Below are positions 57,901 through 64,000 of a stretch of 64,000 nucleotides of DNA, in pieces (the stretch's first letter is position 1; each line of letters begins with the position of its first letter). The stretch comes from a virus. The notes under the pieces are model-generated. The model had not been told where the DNA came from. It made no database searches and saw only the letters and a list, made by a program, of their open reading frames with translations. Both the position numbers and the translations under genes were made by a program. Location: positions 1 through 64,000 of the IMG/VR virus record IMGVR_UViG_3300012642_000011. One strand, written 5' to 3'.

Positions 57901-59169
57901 ATGATTCAGCGTGTTGTTTTGGTTGTTCTCATGTCTCTTATGTTCAAAGTTTTGATTGGGTTCGCCAACTTCGGCGGTAGCCCGCTGATTTCTCTTGTCC
58001 TTGTATGTATTGGAGCAGTAATCTTCTATTCACTCAAGAAGGAAGCATTAGAAGGGGCGTTTAACATCACCAATGGCATAGGAAGGCATGTGGCTGCCGG
58101 AATTGCAAATGAGCCTATCAAGTCTACAATTAATGTTCTTGGTCAAAACAGGTTCATCTCTAATCGTGCAGAGCACACTAAGGCTGCGGCCAAGGGCGTG
58201 GTTTCAGGTGGAATTGGTTCTTACATGTCTGGAAGCAGAGACCTCAAGGGCGCTCTTGCAGGGGCAAAGGCTGGCTACGATTACGAGACAGGAAAGGTTC
58301 ACAAGAACCAGAGGAGGCGTGGATTCTCTGCACTTGAGTCCTTCGGAACTGCATATTCTTCTACAAGTAATAAGATTAGAAACGATCTTGAAAACGAGAT
58401 GAGAGAGAATGGCGCAGTAGATGAACTTTACGGAACAAAGAAAGACTTCGAGGAGCAGAAGGGTGATGAGAATAAGAGAAATTCAACTATGAGTATGTAC
58501 GACTATGGAAAGAATCTCTCTGCATACAATGACCTCTCTACCAAGGAGAGAGTTGATGAAAATGGCAAGAAGTTCAAAGTCAACCCAGCTAATGAGGATG
58601 ACATTGACTTTACACGAGGACTTGCTGGAATTCCAGAGAGTTCAAGGATTTACAAGCCATCTAACCCTAAGATTGACATCAACTCTGCTTCTGAAGCAAG
58701 GGCTGCTAGAAAGTACATGGATGCTAGGGCTAAAAAGAGGGATGAGGAAATAGATAAGATTGCAGAAGATGACTCTTACTCAACAGATTTCTCATCAGTT
58801 TCTGAAGCAAGGGCTGCCTATAACAAAGCCAACGCAGATCAAGGTGATCAGCAGCAGGATGATACATCTACATCCGGTGAACAGATGAACAATCAACATC
58901 AGCCAGAGCAGGATGAAACAACATCCCCTGTTTCAACACCAGACGTAGAGATTACTGGAAAGGTGAAGGTGCGTCGTCTAAGGATCATCAAGAAGAGAAG
59001 GACATCTACAGAAAAGATGGAAGACGCAATTAAGAAGTTCAGGGCAAGTCAGGACTTCAATTACGCATTGTCTGATCTTATCTTGGGGGAGAAAGAGAAA
59101 GAGATCAGAATCCTTCAAGAAGCAAAAGAGTATGAGAACAATAAGAAAGATGAGGGAGGGGATCAATGA
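54976..59169 (+). CDS. Giant (1397 aa) VirB6/TrbL-like polytopic membrane protein, paralog 2. Signal peptide, ~550-aa extracytoplasmic Cys-containing domain, TM cluster, hydrophilic C-terminus.
   Basis: TM block ...IMLPFVLLVGILPGPGRRMLRGYAATILGLMIQ is paralogous to the 32193 and 59166 products. The start is uncertain (GTG 54976 or ATG 55000). Confidence 0.55.
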   Translation: MLQEINISMSKNKGSVYLEKSVIEKTSIIRPFFFMLFSLLAVISFAFVGLSSSMQATTASAQSSESDKQERELQNKVREAFNNYFKEFKDPDQEGEKPIFDYVDPTQERNTIGGALARVAGAGKYLNQAPLAYTSKDTPTTVNKNFMCNVDDKWAGTPLYHNCDIPNVPTEMLQDLISFIGFTGPKGANVTSSKIDTPAFGMPSAITKAMEPSSDPSKRYYKYSGLELFGYNLRYTNYYGEWDQIRVATSARMLSNFGMMDMIGMSGKAAFSGVHKGLGIAGEEFISGMKKGDIIGAIGGLYSGFVIGSVTDSVNTVLDTSDYNVVANYAWFRDNYGSTLYNARELSNEEISREAVKQLVAMVMGTTPEEAKVPADLLSISSPPQGPKEGISYCEYADRNGKVVKVKPSRAPGISEEACASRAKDAQGAVDVDDAKYTWSEDGTQKAESLKEWVARDKAFSIGEKYNMACKPNLDVKDEEAVAAEVAKVVNCWSEEWNKARDEALIKSEKEVTKEWTKDAISSQKFLKWIQEDPARNFNAPWNRFVCLDSSGKDLRINGHNVKVFNPDGSLNDQCGGGAPRPPIQNGFFGNGYVDGQSKPDVDTRNTLSQKSMFEVIFPIDLIFSSIAKSGLDIAIFFNRIANTVINLSFMPIGEELGINKIVVSLMESYRDGIFFPISVIIGAAVGVIMIFQVIIKRNFREQFLNALLAMLTMIAGVALLTRPAETIKAVETIPTNFESWVMGTIFNFGKSQDVLCSVTGESMSDSTVGFDGEATGNSVQGNVRFLMCESWRAFSFTPWVVGQWGTSYDELYANGTEGVKGTMQNSNEQLVGSAPVEMGGGKTVNNWALYHLSTITSGTAYEKDLTEPNGSIDPDFYRIVDMQAGPNNGAGTDGRYFSAWTGQDYGSRITSGLSGAVTSVVSSVVIISYSVVKIQISIITTIMLIMLPFVLLVGILPGPGRRMLRGYAATILGLMIQRVVLVVLMSLMFKVLIGFANFGGSPLISLVLVCIGAVIFYSLKKEALEGAFNITNGIGRHVAAGIANEPIKSTINVLGQNRFISNRAEHTKAAAKGVVSGGIGSYMSGSRDLKGALAGAKAGYDYETGKVHKNQRRRGFSALESFGTAYSSTSNKIRNDLENEMRENGAVDELYGTKKDFEEQKGDENKRNSTMSMYDYGKNLSAYNDLSTKERVDENGKKFKVNPANEDDIDFTRGLAGIPESSRIYKPSNPKIDINSASEARAARKYMDARAKKRDEEIDKIAEDDSYSTDFSSVSEARAAYNKANADQGDQQQDDTSTSGEQMNNQHQPEQDETTSPVSTPDVEITGKVKVRRLRIIKKRRTSTEKMEDAIKKFRASQDFNYALSDLILGEKEKEIRILQEAKEYENNKKDEGGDQ

Positions 59170-62100
59170 TGAAGAATAATGCAGTGTATATGGATGCATC
59201 TTCATTTAAGAAGACGAAACCTGCATCATTCAAATCAATATTCTCCTTCTTCATGGCAGGATTTTTCATTGTTGTTGCTTTGCTTCCTACTATGACTTCT
59301 TTGACAACTTTCGGCAACAAGAATGAACCTACAGTAAGTTCAGCATCTGCACTGGAATGGAATAAGTTCATGATGTGTGAGGTGTTCCCTGAGCCTGCAG
59401 ATAGAATCTATCAGTATGCTTCTACCACTGATCTTCAGTTTGCTTTCAGGTCGAAGAGTGCTATGACTTCTGGTGCAGACAAAGTAGATTCTTTTTTGAA
59501 CGGTATATTAAATCTCACTTCTGTTACCAACATCAATGAACTTAATAGCCATATTCTTGGCTATAATGTGACAGAACTCACTGAGATGAAATACCCTGTG
59601 GACATGGAACTTGATCCAGAGGAAAGGTTCAATAAGGGCGCGCATATCAACCCATTCGATAGGTTCGGTGTTGCTGGACTTACTTTCAGTGGTTACATGG
59701 GTGAATGGAGGCATGTGGTCATTGATGCATGTGCTCAAAATACTGAACCATCTGATCCTAAAGCGGGATTGTTCTATGAGGACAGGCTAGAACCACGAAG
59801 CGTGTGGGCTGACATCAACGACAGTAAAGATCCTAGAACAAAGATCTTCAATAAGGGTTATCCTCCTGTGGGCGTAGCGTTCATGAACATTGTTGCTAAC
59901 TGGATTTTCACGCTGGCAAAGATTATTGTAGTTTTGACGGTTGCTCTTGTTGGCATTGCCTTCAGTGACATCATCACTTTGATCGGTCTTGACACACTAT
60001 TGGGATCATCAGGTGGTTTCATCACTGCTCTCTTCAATAGCGTGTTCATGCCGTTCATTGTCCTTGTCTTTGTGTTTGTTGGTATTAGCATCATCCGTGC
60101 AGGAGCCAGTGGCAAGACGAGACAGGCCCTCTCAGAGACGATTAGATCCATTGTGCTGTTCTTCCTCGCCATCTTCATTTCGTTCTCTCCAGGATGGGTT
60201 ATCACGCTTCCCAATAACCTCTCTATGATCATTCAGGCTGTCACTCTTAGCGCTATGAATAATAGTCTTTCTGGTGGTGGCGGAATGTGTGCTACAGACA
60301 TTGGAAGCTTTGAAGGAAAGATTCTTAGTTCATCCATTGATGTTGACTATGCAATTGACAATCCAGAAAAGACTATGAGCATCATTGATCAAGCATCTAC
60401 CACCATCAGGTCATCTGTAGGGTGCCAAATGTGGCAAATGCTTCTTCTCAAGCCATGGGCACAGGCACAGTATGGCACAGATTGGAATAATCTTTGGGCA
60501 AGAGGAGAAATTCCTGATTGGGCACCTAATGGCGCAACAGATCTGGAAAACAGAGATGAAAACGCTGAAATGGTAGGAGATGCTGCTGTTCCTATGGGTG
60601 ATGGAACATTCATCCATAACTGGGCATTGTTCCAAATCAGCACACAGACCAATGTCCACGCTCCTATCGGTCACGAGGGAGATGTTGCCAAAAAGACTAC
60701 TGGACTTGCAAATGATTGGTGGAGAGTTGCGGATGTCTTGAGTGGATACTACGAGAAGAGTGTTCCTCCTTCTGGTGAACCAGGCGAGCCTACAGATGAA
60801 TACAAAGTGATCGCTGATGACATCAACGTTTCTCCTTATTGGGACACATGGACTGGTGGAAACACTATGGAGAGGATTTGGGTGGCAGGTAGCGCTGTCA
60901 TCATTGCAGCAGTCGGATCTTCTGGTATCATCATTTTTGCATCTCTTTCAGCAATTTATGCTATCGGTGTGACATTGATGATTGCGTTTGCCCCTGTAGT
61001 CCTCTTGGTCGGTTGTTTCCCAGGTCAGGGTTGGGAGATCTTTAAGAGTTGGATCACCTTGATAGTGCAAGCAACTGGTAAGCGTATTGCTGCAGGAATT
61101 CTTCTTGTCCTTGCTATTGCCTTCACATCAGCAGCATTGAAGATGATGGAAGATATTGGATGGATACAGGGAATCCTTCTTCTCATTGTTTCCATGTTGG
61201 CATTGATCAAGGGAAGAGAAATGGTCTTCAGAACAATGTCATCCTTCAGCTTTGCAGGATACAGCATGACGCGTTCTGCTCAGAGAGTATCTGCAGGAAT
61301 GAAGAAAACTGTAAGCAAGACAACTGTTGATCCAACAGTGGCAACAGGAAGAATGATTGGATCTGTCGCTGGTGGTGCTGCAGCAGCAAGAGCAAATGGT
61401 GGAAGCACATTGAATGGTCTCGCTTATGGTTTCAAGAATGAGATGACGAACATCACTTATCGTAATAAGCACTTGAGAAACATTATTACTCAGTACGAAA
61501 TCTCAAAACAGAACATGGGCCATGCATCAATTGGTCAACATACATGTGGAGGTTGTGGTGAACCACTTGATCGAGACGGTTCAGGGGTGTTCTATGGAGG
61601 TAGAGATGCATCTGGAAAGTACTTCTGCAACACCTGTCTTGAAGAGGACACAGCAGGTCTTCTCTCCCCCGTTACAGCAAAGGTAGGTAAGAAAGAATAC
61701 CACTGCAACAGATGTGGACAAGACCTCTCTCCTGACAGTGGAACCTTTAACTTCAAGGGCGGCAAGGATGCTGCTGGAAACCTTTATTGCAGACGCTGCT
61801 TCTTTGATGAGATGGACAGTACTGTTGAAGGCGTCGATGGAAGATCTAAGATTGCAGAGTATGAAGGTTCAGAAGTCAAGTACCATGAGGAAGTTTTGAC
61901 TCCTGAAAGGGTTGTTAAGGATGCAAGGGAAACAGCACGAATAGAGAAGAAGATGCTACATAAGCAACAAAAGCATCAAAGGAAGACTGCAAAGAACCAG
62001 AATAAGGTCAACAGTAGAGGAAAGTTGACACGTGAGCAAGCAGAAAGAATCTATGCTGCCATGAATGATGCCAACAACAGGGCTAAGCACGTCAAGACTG

Positions 62101-62483
62101 AATCTTTGAAAGAAGATAATTTCTACGCTAAGTATCAACAGATGATCAATGATGCTACAGACAAGAGGAGACCATACATTGAAGAGAAGGTAAGAAATAC
62201 TTTTGAGCGCAAGATCAATGAGGTTGACAGAAGGATTGTAGAGCATAGGGAAAGCGGAGATGAAAACAAGGATAGTTTGATCCCAACGCTTCCTGAGGAA
62301 ATCAAGCCTTATATTGATGAGCAGGAGTACAATAAACATTGGGTACTTGGAAACTACAATGCTGTGCGATCCATGTACATCACTGCTTATGCTGATCGAT
62401 TCAGAGATCAATTCAACGAGAACGTTATCAATGACGAGTTCCTGTTGTCTCTTTACGAGAAGAAAATTGAAACAGAGAGGTGA
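59166..62483 (+). CDS. Giant (1105 aa) VirB6/TrbL-like polytopic membrane protein, paralog 3, with C-terminal tandem CxxC...CxxC zinc-ribbon pair
   Basis: TM block IAFAPVVLLVGCFPGQGWEIF. C-terminal CGGCGEPLD...CNTC and CNRCGQDL...CRRC. RBS GGGAGGGG. Its start overlaps the previous stop. Confidence 0.55.
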   Translation: MMKNNAVYMDASSFKKTKPASFKSIFSFFMAGFFIVVALLPTMTSLTTFGNKNEPTVSSASALEWNKFMMCEVFPEPADRIYQYASTTDLQFAFRSKSAMTSGADKVDSFLNGILNLTSVTNINELNSHILGYNVTELTEMKYPVDMELDPEERFNKGAHINPFDRFGVAGLTFSGYMGEWRHVVIDACAQNTEPSDPKAGLFYEDRLEPRSVWADINDSKDPRTKIFNKGYPPVGVAFMNIVANWIFTLAKIIVVLTVALVGIAFSDIITLIGLDTLLGSSGGFITALFNSVFMPFIVLVFVFVGISIIRAGASGKTRQALSETIRSIVLFFLAIFISFSPGWVITLPNNLSMIIQAVTLSAMNNSLSGGGGMCATDIGSFEGKILSSSIDVDYAIDNPEKTMSIIDQASTTIRSSVGCQMWQMLLLKPWAQAQYGTDWNNLWARGEIPDWAPNGATDLENRDENAEMVGDAAVPMGDGTFIHNWALFQISTQTNVHAPIGHEGDVAKKTTGLANDWWRVADVLSGYYEKSVPPSGEPGEPTDEYKVIADDINVSPYWDTWTGGNTMERIWVAGSAVIIAAVGSSGIIIFASLSAIYAIGVTLMIAFAPVVLLVGCFPGQGWEIFKSWITLIVQATGKRIAAGILLVLAIAFTSAALKMMEDIGWIQGILLLIVSMLALIKGREMVFRTMSSFSFAGYSMTRSAQRVSAGMKKTVSKTTVDPTVATGRMIGSVAGGAAAARANGGSTLNGLAYGFKNEMTNITYRNKHLRNIITQYEISKQNMGHASIGQHTCGGCGEPLDRDGSGVFYGGRDASGKYFCNTCLEEDTAGLLSPVTAKVGKKEYHCNRCGQDLSPDSGTFNFKGGKDAAGNLYCRRCFFDEMDSTVEGVDGRSKIAEYEGSEVKYHEEVLTPERVVKDARETARIEKKMLHKQQKHQRKTAKNQNKVNSRGKLTREQAERIYAAMNDANNRAKHVKTESLKEDNFYAKYQQMINDATDKRRPYIEEKVRNTFERKINEVDRRIVEHRESGDENKDSLIPTLPEEIKPYIDEQEYNKHWVLGNYNAVRSMYITAYADRFRDQFNENVINDEFLLSLYEKKIETER

Positions 62484-62491
62484 GACATAAT

Positions 62492-62836
62492 ATGGATGAA
62501 GAAAGCAATATTGTTACATGGGAAATCATTGCCAAAGTAGCTGCATTGAAACCAGTGTTTAATATGCATATGCAATTAGTACAGCAAGGTTTTGACCTCT
62601 CAGAGATGGATGACTGGTATCCATCAGAAATTATCAATTATATTGACTTAAGAGAATCTACGAGAATGTGGGATGAGTCTGATTATGATGGGCTGACACT
62701 TGAGTTCATTCAAGGATGGATCAGACTGTATGAGGGGAATTTGGGTGTAGACATCACAATGACTCCTTCAGAGATTTATCGTAGATCAGAGAAATATGAC
62801 GAACAAGATTTAGAAGAAACACAAGAAGACCTGTGA
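62492..62836 (+). CDS. hypothetical acidic protein
   Basis: ATG 62492 follows GAGAGGTGAG. The ORF track starts at GTG 62480. Confidence 0.35.
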   Translation: MDEESNIVTWEIIAKVAALKPVFNMHMQLVQQGFDLSEMDDWYPSEIINYIDLRESTRMWDESDYDGLTLEFIQGWIRLYEGNLGVDITMTPSEIYRRSEKYDEQDLEETQEDL

Positions 62837-62889
62837 TGACAGTGATATTCATTGCACAATTCATCCACTAACTAATCAAAGGAATAACA

Positions 62890-64000
62890 ATGGGACTTTT
62901 GGATAAGGCAAAGAGTAAAATTCAGGCTTATAGCGAGGGGTTTGGGGAAGAAACTATCCGTCGTGTAGATTGGAATGACCCCAGAAATGAATATAATGAC
63001 GAAGAAGAGACCATTGAGAATGATTTTGATCAGTATGATGACGACGATGACGATCAAAACTATGTAGACTATGATGACTCTGACGTTCATGATTATGATG
63101 AGGAAGAAGATTCCTTTGATGATGAAGAGTACGAAGAGGAAGACCCTGATCCTGTTGCTAAACCAGAAAAGCCAAAGAAGGAAAGAAAGAAGGTAAACTT
63201 TGGGGAGAAGATCAATGCTCTCAAATCATCTTTACCTACACCTAAAGTGAAAGAAAAGGAAGAAGAAACAGAATTTTTTGTAGAAGATAATCATGATGCC
63301 TTTGAAGGCATTGAATTCAATACTGAAGAGGGCAAGAAGAAGAGGGCAAGTGACATACTTGAAGGCTTTAGTATCCCTGAGACATTTGAAATCCCCAATG
63401 ATGTTTTCTTAAGAGAAGATCTCGATGACCTTGAGCTTGATTTCCAAGTTCCCAAAGGCTACGACATTGCACAAGTGAACAGTTTCGTCTCAAGGGTAAA
63501 AGCGTCTGTAGGATTTCTTCAAGATAAACTCAAGGAGAGAAACAAGCATATTGTTGTGCTTGCTAACATTATTGACAGACAGACCATTGACTTGCATAAC
63601 ATGAGATACGATTATGAAATGGTGTCAAAAAACAATAGCGTGAGTGTTATGGCAGGCGAATCCAACGATGAACTTCAGACTAAAGTTAACTTGTTATTTG
63701 CCGAAAATGCCAAGTTGAAAAAGGAAAAGAATGCACAGATCGAGAAAATGATTGCTACACAGAGTGATAGCGAAATTCAGAAGAAATACTCTGATCTCAA
63801 TAAGAAGTATAAAATTCTTGAAGATAATTATTCCCTCTTGTTGTCACAACTTGAAGAGATTGAAAAATCAAACCATGAACTTCAAAACGAACTCAATTAT
63901 CAAGAAGAGAAGAGAGAAGATGAAATTTTATCTTCTGATGAAAGAAGAGTTGTTCACGATGATGACTTTGATCTTCCTGATGTAGATGATGACGATTCAT
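62890..64000 (+). CDS. DivIVA-domain coiled-coil protein (3'-partial; it continues past the window end). Not in the supplied ORF track.
   Basis: Open frame from ATG 62890 to the window edge, read by hand. FQVPKGYDIAQVNSFVSRVKASVGFLQDKL matches the DivIVA N-terminal F-x-GYD...V..F...V motif. Downstream coiled coil and acidic DDDFDLPDVDDDD. Confidence 0.5.
   Translation, partial: MGLLDKAKSKIQAYSEGFGEETIRRVDWNDPRNEYNDEEETIENDFDQYDDDDDDQNYVDYDDSDVHDYDEEEDSFDDEEYEEEDPDPVAKPEKPKKERKKVNFGEKINALKSSLPTPKVKEKEEETEFFVEDNHDAFEGIEFNTEEGKKKRASDILEGFSIPETFEIPNDVFLREDLDDLELDFQVPKGYDIAQVNSFVSRVKASVGFLQDKLKERNKHIVVLANIIDRQTIDLHNMRYDYEMVSKNNSVSVMAGESNDELQTKVNLLFAENAKLKKEKNAQIEKMIATQSDSEIQKKYSDLNKKYKILEDNYSLLLSQLEEIEKSNHELQNELNYQEEKREDEILSSDERRVVHDDDFDLPDVDDDDS

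Noticed and set aside
1-64000. CRISPR arrays and tRNA genes
   Set aside because: No short regularly spaced direct repeats and no cloverleaf-compatible 70-90-nt segments were found in intergenic regions by eye.
1-64000. Alternative genetic code (TAG or TGA reassignment), as in some megaphages or CPR bacteria
   Set aside because: Genes terminate cleanly at TGA and TAA and start at RBS-preceded ATG/GTG/TTG with tight operon overlaps. TAG is merely rare, consistent with standard code 11 in a low-GC genome.

Overview
This is a low-GC (about 40-42%), densely coding, mostly plus-strand region. It looks like part of a large mobile element (megaplasmid, ICE or phage-plasmid) in a probably Gram-positive host, not a core chromosome. 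Two direct copies of a tnpB-only IS200/IS605-family element are present: the 3' end of one at 1..124, and a complete copy at about 46395..47834. Their 124-bp right ends are near-identical. Between and beyond them lie five recognisable modules plus assorted nucleases and terminators. (1) A replication and nucleotide-metabolism module: NAD-dependent DNA ligase, an orphan GyrB/ParE-family topoisomerase B subunit, DnaG primase, a divergent ThyX-like protein, NrdH-like redoxin and oligoribonuclease Orn. (2) A DNA-transfer or secretion module: an FtsK/VirD4-like coupling ATPase; three paralogous giant polytopic VirB6/TrbL-like membrane proteins (1927, 1397 and 1105 aa); a tail-lysozyme+CHAP cell-wall hydrolase; three TadE-like pseudopilins; a CpaF/TadA/VirB11-family ATPase; a membrane-anchored HNH nuclease; and an RHH/MobC-like protein. 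No VirB4 or relaxase was recognised. (3) A transcription and nucleoid module: two divergent sigma-70-family factors and two HU-like proteins. (4) A family of four proteins sharing an N-terminal Cys/His module ([YW]H-x-[NS]P-x-G...C-x6-C-P-F) fused to different C-terminal domains (GNAT, methyltransferase-like, unknown). A fifth gene is a truncated copy sitting right next to the IS end. (5) An orphan SbcC/Rad50-like ATPase with a CxxC zinc hook. Also present are a PIN-PhoH ATPase, ParB-like and ATP-grasp-like proteins, several rho-independent terminators, a strong sigma-70 promoter in front of one sigma gene, tandem 102-bp repeats inside the largest gene, a recurring acidic DDLPDDD motif in four proteins, and a GC-richer roughly 1-kb noncoding stretch holding a degraded surface-protein remnant. 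All functional calls rest on motif recognition by eye and need database searches to confirm.
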